Virus record (IMG/VR): IMGVR_UViG_3300037440_000172
Location: 1 to 53,626 of that record
DNA: 53,626 bases
From: a virus
Lineage: Duplodnaviria > Caudoviricetes
Strand: one strand, 5' to 3'
The notes beneath the pieces were generated by a model, which saw only the letters and a list, made by a program, of their open reading frames with translations, did not search any database and was not told the origin of the DNA. The position numbers and the translations under genes are program-made. Shown one piece after another: positions 43,683 through 53,127 of this stretch; position 1 is the first letter of the stretch, and each line of letters starts with the position of its first letter.

Positions 43683-44578
43683 GCTTCTGCCTCAGCGTGA
43701 ACCTTGCGGTTTTCCTTGCCGTTCTGCCTGGGTTTCACGGGCGGGAGATATTCCGCGACGGAGGTTTCATGCGCGTGCAATTTGCCGTTCGAGACGTAAG
43801 CAGGCACATGCCTTTCCGGCGGCTGTGCATAGGCAAGCTCGACCTGCCGTTTGTCGGGAACCCATGTGTTGAGCATGTATTCGAGATCGTCGAGCGCGCC
43901 GATGAGATACATGCGTTCGTTGCTCATGGCCTGAAGCTGGGCGTCGATGTTCTGGATGCGCTGGGTCAGCTCTCCCTTGCGGGAGAGGAGCTTGATGTGC
44001 ATCGGGTCGATTTCGCGGAAGCCGTAGGCCGGGTGCGGGCGCACGAGATCGGATTCCGGCGGGACCGTGACCTTGATGCCCATGCCCTTGGCGATCCAGA
44101 TGAGCTGCTGGCAGGACAGGCGCTGATCGTGCCATTCTTCTTTTGCCGACATGTCGACGCCGTAGAGGGCGATCTCGTCGGGACGCTCGCTGATAGCCAT
44201 CGCCATCATGTGCGAGAGCGATGATGCCCACAGATATGGGCCGAGCGTCAAGGGGCGTTCATTGCCGTCTTCGTCGCGGGTGTAGCCGTAGACGAAATCC
44301 ATTGCGGCGCGGTGATCGAGAACGATATGGTTCGGAACTTCCGGCCAGGGCTCGGCGACGAAGACCGGGCCCTGGATCTTCGTCGCCATGAACTGGATGT
44401 ACTCGGTAGAGAACCAGGGAGCGCCTATTTCTCTTTTGTGAACTTCAAACCACCGGTCAGCCCGCTTGACATGCGGCCACGCACCGGGCGAGCAGCCCCA
44501 GATTACCCATGACGGATCATCATAGGGTGCAAGCTGTACGGATGACGGCGCGGAGCCGATGAGAGCGATTTTTTTCAC
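43679..44578 (-). CDS. putative sialyltransferase/Maf-like nonulosonate transferase
   Basis: KIALIGSAPS and EIALYGVDM resemble the G.GPS and I.L.G.D motifs of CstII/Maf-type enzymes; next to a CMP-nonulosonate pathway. Confidence 0.55.
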   Translation of the reverse strand: MKKIALIGSAPSSVQLAPYDDPSWVIWGCSPGAWPHVKRADRWFEVHKREIGAPWFSTEYIQFMATKIQGPVFVAEPWPEVPNHIVLDHRAAMDFVYGYTRDEDGNERPLTLGPYLWASSLSHMMAMAISERPDEIALYGVDMSAKEEWHDQRLSCQQLIWIAKGMGIKVTVPPESDLVRPHPAYGFREIDPMHIKLLSRKGELTQRIQNIDAQLQAMSNERMYLIGALDDLEYMLNTWVPDKRQVELAYAQPPERHVPAYVSNGKLHAHETSVAEYLPPVKPRQNGKENRKVHAEAEA

Positions 44579-44587
44579 GTGTGACTC

Positions 44588-45064
44588 TTAGCTGCTGGTG
44601 GTGACGACAATGTAGGTTTGCGCGCTCGAAGGGCCTGTGACGCTGGCGATGGGCGTCCATACGTCCACTGCTGTTGCGAGCAGCCGGACAGCCGCGCCGG
44701 AATTGACCAGATTTACGCGTGCGCCGGAGGGAGCACCCGCCGCCGTGGACCCTCCGAAGGAGAATTCCGCTGACGTTGCCCGGACAATGCCCATTGTCGC
44801 GGTGCTGAGCGTCGAGAGATTGACGATCGTCTTCTCGACGCCGATAGCGGGCGGAGCGTTTAGTGTGTAATCAGCAGAAGAGCCGGAAATAGCGCTGACG
44901 CCATAGTTTGCCAGCGTCGAAGCGGCAGTTGAAGCTTCGTATGGCAGACGCTGGCCATTATGGCCGATGGTGAAGCCGTTATGATCGACGCCGAACTTGC
45001 GGCCGTGGATCGAAGTCAGAAACTTGTTCTTCAGGTCGGTGAGAGCACCGCTGACGAGGGACAT
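44588..45064 (-). CDS. Ser/Thr-rich putative virion decoration protein
   Basis: AAGGA RBS; TSIHGRKFG, YTLNAPP..GVEKTIV; beta-rich composition. Confidence 0.6.
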   Translation of the reverse strand: MSLVSGALTDLKNKFLTSIHGRKFGVDHNGFTIGHNGQRLPYEASTAASTLANYGVSAISGSSADYTLNAPPAIGVEKTIVNLSTLSTATMGIVRATSAEFSFGGSTAAGAPSGARVNLVNSGAAVRLLATAVDVWTPIASVTGPSSAQTYIVVTTSS

Positions 45065-45112
45065 TGTGTGGTTTCCTTATGTATTGGATTTTGCTTGTGG
45101 ACGCCGGGCACG

Positions 45113-45135
45113 AAAAAACCCGCGTCGAGGCGGGT
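45113..45135 (-). terminator. terminator-like hairpin after the sugar cluster
   Basis: ACCCGC-CTCGAC-GCGGGT followed by a T-run. Confidence 0.6.
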
Positions 45136-45163
45136 CGCAAGGTCACGCTGAAACTGATGTTGG

Positions 45164-45919
45164 TTACGCGGCCATCTTCCGGCGAACCGGATAGCCGCGA
45201 GATGCAAGGTACTCCGCTGCGCCCGCTGGGGTCGCGTCACTGAAGGCAAACATCGCCCCTGCCGCCACGGCATGCGCGCCGTGATCGATAGCCCTGGCGA
45301 AATCCTCATACGTCCCGGCCCCGCCGCATGCGACAACCGGAATGCTGACGGCTTCGGACACTCTGGCGATCAGGTCTAGATCGTAGCCTTCCATCATGCC
45401 GTCACGCTCGATGACGTTGAGGATGATTTCCCCGGCCCCGAGGGTTTCCACCGTCATCGCCCATGTGACAGGATCGAATTCGGTCTGATCATGGCCGCAG
45501 GAGCCGCATACGCGCCCGTCACGGACATCAATGGAAACCGAGACCGCTTGCCGCCCGAATTTCTCAGCGGCCTCTCCGATCAATGCTGGGCGTTTCAGGG
45601 CCATCGTGTTGATCGATACCTTGTCGGCTCCGTTTGCGAGCGCGAGACGGATATGCTCGACCGTCCGGATGCCGCCGCCCACCGTCATCGGTGGAAGGAA
45701 CGGCTTGTCGTTCAACCGGCGCATCAGATCGAAGTCCGGATCCCGTCCGTCCGGCGTTGCGCCGATGTCCAGCATAAGGATCTCGTCGACTTCGCGCTTC
45801 CAGTGGATCTGGAAGGCTGTCTCAACATGACCGATGGAGCGCCAGCTATCGAACTGCTTGCCTTTTACGACCTGATGGCCGCGGTATAAGATGACAGGTA
45901 TGATCCGATGCGCGAGCAC
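45164..45919 (-). CDS. hisF: HisF-like cyclase subunit (WbuZ-type) associated with sugar amidination
   Basis: RIIP, VKGKQF, VGGGIR, GADKVSINT, GAGEI, RDGMMEGYD, PVVACGGAG. Confidence 0.88.
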   Translation of the reverse strand: MLAHRIIPVILYRGHQVVKGKQFDSWRSIGHVETAFQIHWKREVDEILMLDIGATPDGRDPDFDLMRRLNDKPFLPPMTVGGGIRTVEHIRLALANGADKVSINTMALKRPALIGEAAEKFGRQAVSVSIDVRDGRVCGSCGHDQTEFDPVTWAMTVETLGAGEIILNVIERDGMMEGYDLDLIARVSEAVSIPVVACGGAGTYEDFARAIDHGAHAVAAGAMFAFSDATPAGAAEYLASRGYPVRRKMAA

Positions 45920-47044
45920 TCAGGCGGCTTCCTGTGCTTTCGCGAACTCCTTCAGGATCGGCCGGCCATCGTCAACGTGAGAGAATAATTCCCAATGTGT
46001 GAAGCGGTCGAACGTTGCCATCAGCCAATCCATCGTCACGTCCATGTGACGGCAGGCTTCCTCAACTGGGACACCCATATATTCGTATGGGAACAAGCCG
46101 TCACGCTGGCGAACGATCTTGTAGGCATCCTTTCGCGAGATCAGGCCGTTGCGGATGTCGATGCTGATCTGAGCGCAAAGCCGCCCGTAGCCGAATTTAC
46201 GCCACATTCCGTGATCGTGCAAACCGGTGAGTACGCAGTCAAGATTTTCTGCCGGCCAATAGCTTGCCCTGCATGGCAGTTGCGCTTGCATTCCGTGCTC
46301 GATGGCGACCTTGGCGTTTTCGTGCGACGACCAGGGGTAATAATTGCCAAGCCAGTAAGCCGTGACGCCAGCCAGTTTCTCGTCTGACGGCAGCATGTAC
46401 TCGCGCATGTCGGCATCACAGATGCCTTCAATGCCAACCATATCGGTTGCACGCAACCCGATGAAGCCTGCATGCTCGGCAATCCAGTTGCGCGTCATGG
46501 TGCAGGCTTGCTCAGTGCCGGGAGGACCGCCATATTCGATCGTAGGTGCTTCACCGTATACGATCGTGCTTATTCCCAGATCGGCAGCAATGCGAAACGG
46601 TGTAGAGAAAATCGACCAGTGTTCAGGAATCGATACATCTCCGACAAGCTCCATTCCGATCTTGTTGAGCTTGCGCCGCACTTCGCGGTTTGGTGTTACC
46701 TCAATCGTGGTGGCATAGCGCGCGAGATTGTCGATGTTTTTACGACCGATGTCCGTCAGCATGCATGTACTGGCCGTGACGACAAGCGGTCTCGCGCCTA
46801 GCTCCAGCAATTTGTGAACCTGCGCGCTGGAGTCCTTACCTGCGGAACTCGGCACGATGACATCGTAGCCGCTATCATTCTTCGGCAGTTTGTCGAGGAT
46901 CGCAAGGAATGCCTTGTCGCGTTCGGACCAATCGATTTCATCGCGCCGTCCGAAGTTCACGCACGCCGCGCAGATGCCGTCAACGAAGTGAAGCGACGGC
47001 TTCGTCGTTGGGTACAGGCATTCCCGGCAGCGAACGAAACTCAC
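45920..47044 (-). CDS. N-acetyl sugar amidotransferase (WbuX/PseA/PtmG family)
   Basis: CREC..P.TKP...GICAAC, YDVIVPSSAGKDS PP-loop, YGE, KFGYGR...S.DIRNG; GTG start at 47044. Confidence 0.88.
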   Translation of the reverse strand: MSFVRCRECLYPTTKPSLHFVDGICAACVNFGRRDEIDWSERDKAFLAILDKLPKNDSGYDVIVPSSAGKDSSAQVHKLLELGARPLVVTASTCMLTDIGRKNIDNLARYATTIEVTPNREVRRKLNKIGMELVGDVSIPEHWSIFSTPFRIAADLGISTIVYGEAPTIEYGGPPGTEQACTMTRNWIAEHAGFIGLRATDMVGIEGICDADMREYMLPSDEKLAGVTAYWLGNYYPWSSHENAKVAIEHGMQAQLPCRASYWPAENLDCVLTGLHDHGMWRKFGYGRLCAQISIDIRNGLISRKDAYKIVRQRDGLFPYEYMGVPVEEACRHMDVTMDWLMATFDRFTHWELFSHVDDGRPILKEFAKAQEAA

Positions 47045-47622
47045 GCAGGGACCTCCATGAGCCAAAATTCGCATTTGTCGAAGGCTTCCGCCGGCGCATC
47101 GCCGCTCGAAATGATCCTCAGCCCCTTTTCCTGGTACAGCTTGCCGAACGGTCGACGCCACAGTTTGCCGGCATGACCCCTGTAGCTTACCTCGACCTCC
47201 GTGTCGTCAGCGTACTCGACTGCGAGAACATGCTGACGGCTCGCGCTGATGATGGCGTCCATGACGGCAGGAAGCTGATCTGACGATACGTGGATCAGGA
47301 CACCAGCAGTGAATACCAAATCGAATTTGCCGAGACTGGCGATCTCACTCGCCTCCATCTCCGTGACGGGAATGCCGTGATCGGCGGCTTCGGCCAGCGC
47401 TGCCTGATTGACATCGATGCCTTGCAGCGTGATGTCAGGATTGATAGTCCTGATGGCGCGAAGGTTCGTCCCATTGTTGCAACCGATTTCCAGAACCGAC
47501 TGCGCATGCGTAGCGCCGAGAACTTTCTGCCAGAACGGAATGCGGGACGCCGGGTTGATCTGATTGCGGCCGGTATATTCCGTTCCGAACTCGCCGCGCC
47601 AGAACTCTACCGTTTCGCTCAC
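47041..47622 (-). CDS. pseudaminic-acid-biosynthesis-associated SAM methyltransferase
   Basis: FWRGEFGTEY..RN, VLEIGCN.G.NL, FDLVFTAGVLIH, YRGH..KLWRR. Confidence 0.85.
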   Translation of the reverse strand: MSETVEFWRGEFGTEYTGRNQINPASRIPFWQKVLGATHAQSVLEIGCNNGTNLRAIRTINPDITLQGIDVNQAALAEAADHGIPVTEMEASEIASLGKFDLVFTAGVLIHVSSDQLPAVMDAIISASRQHVLAVEYADDTEVEVSYRGHAGKLWRRPFGKLYQEKGLRIISSGDAPAEAFDKCEFWLMEVPA

Positions 47623-48488
47623 GCCGCCCTCACCACTCTCAAATCCCGATGCGCGTCTTCAACCGAGCCCGACGGTTCCTGACACGCTTTCCAGACATTG
47701 TTCACTGATGTCACGAGGGCTTTCAGTTCATGCGGCTCGCAGGAGAATTCCGCGTCGAGCCCGCCGTCTGATCTTGACAGTGTCAAATGCTTTTCGATGA
47801 TGCATGCCCCGAGCGCGACCGCGCCGATTGCGGCGTCATTGCCGAGCGTATGATCGGAGAAGCCGACCGGAGCCAGGAACGTATGCCGCAATTCAGATAC
47901 CCTGCCGATATTGGCTTCTTCAATCGGGCAGGGATAAGCCGACACACAATGGAGAAGGGCAGCGCTTGAACCACCATTGTCGATTGTGGCCACGAGAGCC
48001 TGCCGCACTTCATCATTTCTCGCCATGCCTGTCGAGATGATGACCGGCTTCTCCGTCGATGCCGCCTTGGCAATAAGCTTGCGGTCGCCCGCTTCGAACG
48101 AACTGATTTTGAACGCCGGTGCGCCAAGCTGATTGAGGAAATCGACTTCCTCCTCACTGAACACTGATGAGAATATCGTGATGCCAGCGCGCTCGGCATG
48201 TTCGAACAGAACCGGGAACCATGCGCGCGGCGTATGCGCCTGTTGGTACAGATCGCCAAGCGTCCAGCCGGCCCACGGGCCTTTGTCGAGCTTCTTGTCG
48301 AGCCCGCCGCGGGCTACAGCCAGATGAACCGGATCGTATGACTGGAGCTTCACGGCTGATGCTCCCGCCTCTACAGCGGCATCTATGAGCTTTATGGCGC
48401 GGTCAAGATCGCCGTTATGGTTACAGCTCATTTCTGCGATGACGAATACGGGATGGCTTGTGCCGATTGGATGGCCGTCGACGATCAC
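47619..48488 (-). CDS. pseI: pseudaminic acid synthase / NeuB-family nonulosonate synthase
   Basis: IAEMSCNHNG, AVKLQ, FKISSFE, STGMA, LHCVSAYP, GFSDHT, IEKHLTL. Confidence 0.88.
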   Translation of the reverse strand: MIVDGHPIGTSHPVFVIAEMSCNHNGDLDRAIKLIDAAVEAGASAVKLQSYDPVHLAVARGGLDKKLDKGPWAGWTLGDLYQQAHTPRAWFPVLFEHAERAGITIFSSVFSEEEVDFLNQLGAPAFKISSFEAGDRKLIAKAASTEKPVIISTGMARNDEVRQALVATIDNGGSSAALLHCVSAYPCPIEEANIGRVSELRHTFLAPVGFSDHTLGNDAAIGAVALGACIIEKHLTLSRSDGGLDAEFSCEPHELKALVTSVNNVWKACQEPSGSVEDAHRDLRVVRAA

Positions 48489-48736
48489 GCTTGGCCCCTT
48501 TCGGCTTCGAGGCGATCCACGCGAGCCTTCAGCATGTCACGCTCGTTTTTTAACTCGATCAGATCGACAATCGCCTTCAGATGCTCGTTCTCTTTGTGAA
48601 GAACAGAACAGGTTGTCAGAATATCGACGGCTTCAATCTCCGTTTGCACCAGCAATGCCGCGTTTGGATAGCGGGAATCTGTCCTTGCCACACCCAACTC
48701 ACGGATATGCCGTATTAACGGATGATCTTCGTACAT
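48485..48736 (-). CDS. hypothetical coiled-coil protein
   Basis: ATG 6 nt after the upstream stop; GTGA overlap with the synthase gene. Confidence 0.5.
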   Translation of the reverse strand: MYEDHPLIRHIRELGVARTDSRYPNAALLVQTEIEAVDILTTCSVLHKENEHLKAIVDLIELKNERDMLKARVDRLEAERGQA

Positions 48737-48741
48737 GCCAC

Positions 48742-49401
48742 TCACGCCTGTATGCTCCTTACCGTCATGAACGCTTCCGCCGCATGCAATCCAACGCTCG
48801 CGCCGCGCCATGCCGCAAGCGCCTTCACGGCTTCGATTGAGCGCGGATGTGGGAACGGGCGCATTTCTTCCTCGTAGGCTTGAAGCGCTGCGAGTTTCTG
48901 ATCCATAAAGCCGGAGACATCGACAAAATGATTTGGCCGGAAAGCCGGGAGCGTGTCGCTCGCCCATTCTGTCGATGACGGGACTTCGTAGGCGTAGATA
49001 GCTGAAACTGGAAAGCCTGGCATTGGGCGCAGCGCCGTCAGTGTTGCCTGATGCACGATCCGGTGATCCAAGTTGAGATCACCGCCATGATGGGTATAGA
49101 CGATATCTGGACGACATGTGAAAACAGCGGCTCTCAAGGTCTCCACAACGTTCAGAAGCGGAACGGCGTCCATTTGCTGATCGGCGAATAGGCCAAAGTC
49201 CATGCGTCGAAAACCAAGAATTTCACTAGCCTTGCCTGCGTGATGATTCCGCAGTGCGGCATCGCCATCGGCGCGAGAACCAACACCATCGGTAAAGAAT
49301 GCTACGTCGACGCTATCCCCCGCAGCGGCATGCCGCGCGATCGTTCCCCCACATCCAAGCGCTTCATCATCGGGGTGAGCTGCTATGACAAGAACCTTCA
49401 C
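48742..49401 (-). CDS. PIG-L/LmbE family N-deacetylase
   Basis: AHPDDEALGCGGT, D.N.DH, FPHPRS. Confidence 0.9.
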   Translation of the reverse strand: MKVLVIAAHPDDEALGCGGTIARHAAAGDSVDVAFFTDGVGSRADGDAALRNHHAGKASEILGFRRMDFGLFADQQMDAVPLLNVVETLRAAVFTCRPDIVYTHHGGDLNLDHRIVHQATLTALRPMPGFPVSAIYAYEVPSSTEWASDTLPAFRPNHFVDVSGFMDQKLAALQAYEEEMRPFPHPRSIEAVKALAAWRGASVGLHAAEAFMTVRSIQA

Positions 49402-50060
49402 ACAATCTCCGCATCGGCATAGACCTTGCCGTTCCTGTACTCTGCATTCCTGAACTCGACGCGCATGTCGCCGATCCGGATGAATGCTCTCGGATAACCA
49501 TCCGCATCCAGCATTCGTATGAAATCATAAAGATTTTCGCCGGACAGACCAAATGGTATCTGGCTTTGCGGCGGCGTTCTGCGCTTGAAACTCACAGATA
49601 TTCCTTGTTGTGGAGCCGGGACCGGTCTTTTAGCTGTGATTTCGCGCATCATCCCGATGATGATGTCGAACGCTCTACTGTAGATTTCTTCCGCGCTGCC
49701 CTTGAGCGAAAGCGGACGCTTCATGTAGACTGGCCCGGCGTCAAGTTCGTCCGTCATCTTGAGCGCCGAGATGACCGTTTCGGAATGACCGCGGACAATC
49801 AGGTTTTGCAACGGCGATCCGCCCCGACCATAAGGCACATCGGTCATGTGAAAGCAGACGCATTCGAACTCGCTCGTGATGTCGTCTGGCACCTTATGCC
49901 GCCAGAACGGAAAGAACAGATACAGCGGCGGCGCGCGGCGCAGTTCGTCGACCGACAGATCTTCTTGCGCCCGTATCCACGACCAGCAGGCCATGTCAGC
50001 CGGGATGTTGTGCAGCCGCCTGATCGACGCGACCGCGCAGTAAGCCAGATACCGGCTCAT
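49398..50060 (-). CDS. sugar N-formyltransferase (Fmt-like)
   Basis: FHMTDVPYGRGGSPLQNLI, ELDAGPVY, YDFIRMLDADGYP. Confidence 0.88.
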   Translation of the reverse strand: MSRYLAYCAVASIRRLHNIPADMACWSWIRAQEDLSVDELRRAPPLYLFFPFWRHKVPDDITSEFECVCFHMTDVPYGRGGSPLQNLIVRGHSETVISALKMTDELDAGPVYMKRPLSLKGSAEEIYSRAFDIIIGMMREITAKRPVPAPQQGISVSFKRRTPPQSQIPFGLSGENLYDFIRMLDADGYPRAFIRIGDMRVEFRNAEYRNGKVYADAEIV

Positions 50061-50482
50061 CCGAGGGCCAGCGTATCCTGAACGTGCGCGAATCCTAGCC
50101 GCTGGAACATGCGGCGCGAGCGCTCGTTGTTTGGCGACACGTTCGCAACATACCGGCGCGGCCCGTGCTTTTCCATCAGAAGCTTGACGGCAGCAGGCCC
50201 GTAACCCTTGCCGGCAGCATCCGGAAGCAGGTCGATCCCGATCTCGTTACCTGGCAGGCTCGGAGCCGACGGCGGGAACGTCAGATAGATCTTGCCGACC
50301 GGCCTGCCGTCAACCTCGATCACGTAAAATGCCTCGTATGGGTGATTGCGAACGAACGCGCAGTGCTCATACCATGACGGCATCGCCTTGTGCGAAATAC
50401 TGAACTCTGGCGGTCTGGCGGCGAGGACATCCCATAGCACTTGCGCAGCATTGGGATGTTCGGCAACGTCAACGAGACGCAT
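50057..50482 (-). CDS. GNAT N-acetyltransferase (PseH-like)
   Basis: ISH...P...EH, GKGYG, N.RS...F..LGF. Confidence 0.8.
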   Translation of the reverse strand: MRLVDVAEHPNAAQVLWDVLAARPPEFSISHKAMPSWYEHCAFVRNHPYEAFYVIEVDGRPVGKIYLTFPPSAPSLPGNEIGIDLLPDAAGKGYGPAAVKLLMEKHGPRRYVANVSPNNERSRRMFQRLGFAHVQDTLALG

Positions 50483-51197
50483 TGATCGCCTCGATGTACC
50501 GCTCGTTGATCTGACCGGCGCGGCTCGTTTCGAATTCGTTCCAGATCGTCTTGTAATCTTCGAGCGTGTCGAGCGTCAGACGAATGTGCGATCGATCGAC
50601 GTTCTGTTGATAGTTGCCACGCTTGAAGCCTTCCGTCGTGTAAACGTAGAGCGTTACATGTTCACGGCAGCCGTCTGATGTTGCAAGCTGGTCAACACGC
50701 TTCAGCGTTTCCATCGTAAAGCATTCGATGTCAAACCCCTTCGGAAACGTCCGCGGGTGCACGTTGCTGCAATAGTCGAGACCATCGTTCTTCAGTTGGA
50801 TCAGCACTTCTGCGCAGACTTCCGGATCGATCAGCGGGCAGTCTGCCGTCACGCGCATGATGATGTCAGCCTTGACCTCTTCTGCCGCCATGACGTAGCG
50901 CTTGAGAGCGTCGTGCTCTGGGCCGCGAGTGACCAGCATAGGCGTAAGCTCTGGCCCCAGTTCGCGCGGTGCGAAACGCGCCTTCATTGCATGATCGGCA
51001 ACGATATCGCTTCCGGCATCATCTGCAACTGCCACCACGACAACATCGACGCCCTTGATCTGACGGCACCGGTAGACGACTTCTTCCAGGACTGTCCGCC
51101 CTGTAGGCAGGGGGAGCAGAACTTTTGCTGGCAGGCGGGTCGAGCCGAGACGGGCTTGTATGATGCACGCTGTTGTCATGTACTTAGAATCATCCAA
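50469..51197 (-). CDS. acylneuraminate cytidylyltransferase (SpsF/PseF/KdsB family)
   Basis: IIQARLGSTRLPAKVL, RVTADCPLIDP, REHVT, RLTLDT.ED. Confidence 0.9.
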   Translation of the reverse strand: MDDSKYMTTACIIQARLGSTRLPAKVLLPLPTGRTVLEEVVYRCRQIKGVDVVVVAVADDAGSDIVADHAMKARFAPRELGPELTPMLVTRGPEHDALKRYVMAAEEVKADIIMRVTADCPLIDPEVCAEVLIQLKNDGLDYCSNVHPRTFPKGFDIECFTMETLKRVDQLATSDGCREHVTLYVYTTEGFKRGNYQQNVDRSHIRLTLDTLEDYKTIWNEFETSRAGQINERYIEAINASR

Positions 51198-51203
51198 TTC
51201 GCG

Positions 51204-51860
51204 TTACGCTGCAATGTCTTCCCGGCTCTGTCCACCGAAGATCGGCTGGAGGCTGAGATCAGGGTAATCATCCCAAGGGAGATCGGCGTTAACCTTCGGC
51301 AGCGCCGACAGCTTCCAGCGCAACGCAGCCGCAACATCAACGCTCATGTAGCAGTGATAGCCAAGCATATCGAAGCGGTCATCTTTCGGCGCAACTCCTT
51401 CGCGTCTTCCGTCAAAACGCGCGCGGCGCAGAAACTGGTCGGCCTCCGGCACATTATGCAGGATCGCGCCCCCCTGACTGTGACCACAAATTTTGCTGAC
51501 GTGGAAGCTTACGCACTGGAACCGAGGCTGCGATGAATCCCCAAACATGCCAGATGTGAAACGGCGGGCAGCATCGGTAATCTTCGGACCGGTTTGCGGA
51601 TGCTCTTGCAGTTCATACTCGCCGCTCCATTCCTCATCGCGGAATGTAAGTCCACAGCCAGCGTTGACGACTGACATCGCGACGCCGACATACGTGTGCT
51701 TGGGTATCGAGAAGACTGGCCTGTAGGTCAGCGACTGACGGATACATGCGCAAGATAGCAGCAGAGCCATCGTGCAACTATTCACGACGACAGCGTGTGG
51801 TGCTCCTGTGTAAGCACACAGATCAGCTTCGAAGGACTTTGTAACGTCGTGCGGGTTCAC
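51204..51860 (-). CDS. DegT/DnrJ/EryC1/StrS aminotransferase (PseC-like, short)
   Basis: FE..L..YTGA..AV.VNSCT.AL, DAA, SFHVSK (PLP lysine), GG. Confidence 0.8.
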   Translation of the reverse strand: MNPHDVTKSFEADLCAYTGAPHAVVVNSCTMALLLSCACIRQSLTYRPVFSIPKHTYVGVAMSVVNAGCGLTFRDEEWSGEYELQEHPQTGPKITDAARRFTSGMFGDSSQPRFQCVSFHVSKICGHSQGGAILHNVPEADQFLRRARFDGRREGVAPKDDRFDMLGYHCYMSVDVAAALRWKLSALPKVNADLPWDDYPDLSLQPIFGGQSREDIAA

Positions 51861-52732
51861 GCTGCAACTTTCTCCTCGATCATTCCGAGAGCTTGGCGCA
51901 GTTCAGCGATGCTCATGCGCCGGGCAATGTCGCTCGTCACGCCATCGGCCATGCCTTCGTGAAGCTTTTCCCAAACAGGCAAGCCCGTTACGCTGACAAG
52001 CGCGCCCATTGCTTCGGCCAGATCTCCAACTCGGTAAGCCGGAAGGTCAGGGATTGCGAGTTCGCCGCCGCGCATATCGCTGACCGTGTCGAGAACAAGA
52101 TCAACGGCCTCGTCGATCGTCATAAAAAACCGAGTACATTCTGGATTCGTAACGGGGACAGCGCGCGAACCAGACTGGAGCAGCTTTCGCCACTTCGGCA
52201 AAATTGACCCTGCCGACGCCCACACATTACCGTACCTGCACGCAGCGAAGCGCGGACCCTTGACGCCAACCGTTTCATTCGCAGCGAGGATAATAGCTTC
52301 GGCCAGAGCTTTCGACTGGCCGTAAGGCGAGACGGGCTGCCAAGCCTTGTCGCTGGAGATGAACATCACATTCTTGACGCCAGCATCCTGCGCAGCTTCG
52401 ATCACGTTGATCGTGCCGTCAACATTGGTGCGCACCATTTCGACAGGATTGTAAGCGCCAACCTCGATACGCTTCAACGCGGCAGCGTGGATCACCACAT
52501 CGACACTGCCAAACGCTCGCCGCAAGCGCGACAGGTCACGGCAATCGCCGATGAAGAATCGCAGCCTGTCATCGTCGTCGAACTGAGCCCGCATATCGGC
52601 CTGCGCATGCTCGCCCCGACTGTAGACACAGACGCGATCCGACAGTTTGTCGGCAAGCAGACGGCGAACGAGATGCCGCCCCAAGTAGCCGGTGCCACCT
52701 GTTACGAGAACGCTGCCAAGCATTTTCGGCAT
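51857..52732 (-). CDS. pseB: UDP-N-acetylglucosamine 4,6-dehydratase (PseB/FlaA1 family)
   Basis: VTGGTG, RFFIGD.RD, HAAALK, YNP.E..RTNV.G, SSDKA..P..PYG.SK, RYGNV, TRFF. Confidence 0.9.
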   Translation of the reverse strand: MPKMLGSVLVTGGTGYLGRHLVRRLLADKLSDRVCVYSRGEHAQADMRAQFDDDDRLRFFIGDCRDLSRLRRAFGSVDVVIHAAALKRIEVGAYNPVEMVRTNVDGTINVIEAAQDAGVKNVMFISSDKAWQPVSPYGQSKALAEAIILAANETVGVKGPRFAACRYGNVWASAGSILPKWRKLLQSGSRAVPVTNPECTRFFMTIDEAVDLVLDTVSDMRGGELAIPDLPAYRVGDLAEAMGALVSVTGLPVWEKLHEGMADGVTSDIARRMSIAELRQALGMIEEKVAA

Positions 52733-53115
52733 CAGCACTCCACGGTAATAGAGCATCCGAGAGGACGCACGATAAGCTGCAACGTGCGCTCAGCGTCCTG
52801 AACAATGGGCGATGCCGATGACGGCCCGGAGCGCACTTTTATGTAGCGAACACCTGCCCAGAGCGACGGCGAGAATGCTCGAAATGCAATCACACGATCG
52901 GCATCAGCATAAAACGACAGCTGGGCATTTGTTTCGTCGAATAGGTTGAAGAATGTTGATCCATCATAAGATACCTGAAACGACAAGTACCCATAGCTGC
53001 TGATATTCCACGCTGCAGGCATTTGGATGGCAACCAGAGTTTTAGACCCGAGGTCGGCGGCAGATGACAAGCTTTGTCCGCTCTCAATTACAACGGGAAT
53101 CATTTCAAGTGACAT
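52732..53115 (-). CDS. putative virion beta-sandwich protein
   Basis: I.SGQSLS, I.MPAAW, LSFQ.S.DG.TF, RYIKVRSG motif common in phage structural regions. Confidence 0.6.
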   Translation of the reverse strand: MSLEMIPVVIESGQSLSSAADLGSKTLVAIQMPAAWNISSYGYLSFQVSYDGSTFFNLFDETNAQLSFYADADRVIAFRAFSPSLWAGVRYIKVRSGPSSASPIVQDAERTLQLIVRPLGCSITVEC

Positions 53116-53127
53116 AATATTTTCCTG

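Noticed and set aside
45164-45919. hisF as a histidine-biosynthesis auxiliary gene
   Set aside because: It is coupled to a WbuX/PseA-type amidotransferase, the known sugar-amidination context, and no other his genes are present.
49398-50060. Methionyl-tRNA formyltransferase (fmt)
   Set aside because: Short form next to a PIG-L deacetylase in a sugar cluster fits a sugar N-formyltransferase better.
45164-52732. Sugar cluster as host chromosome flanking a prophage end
   Set aside because: Phage-type genes lie on both sides, one coupled to pseB by TGATG, and the integrase is about 40 kb away.
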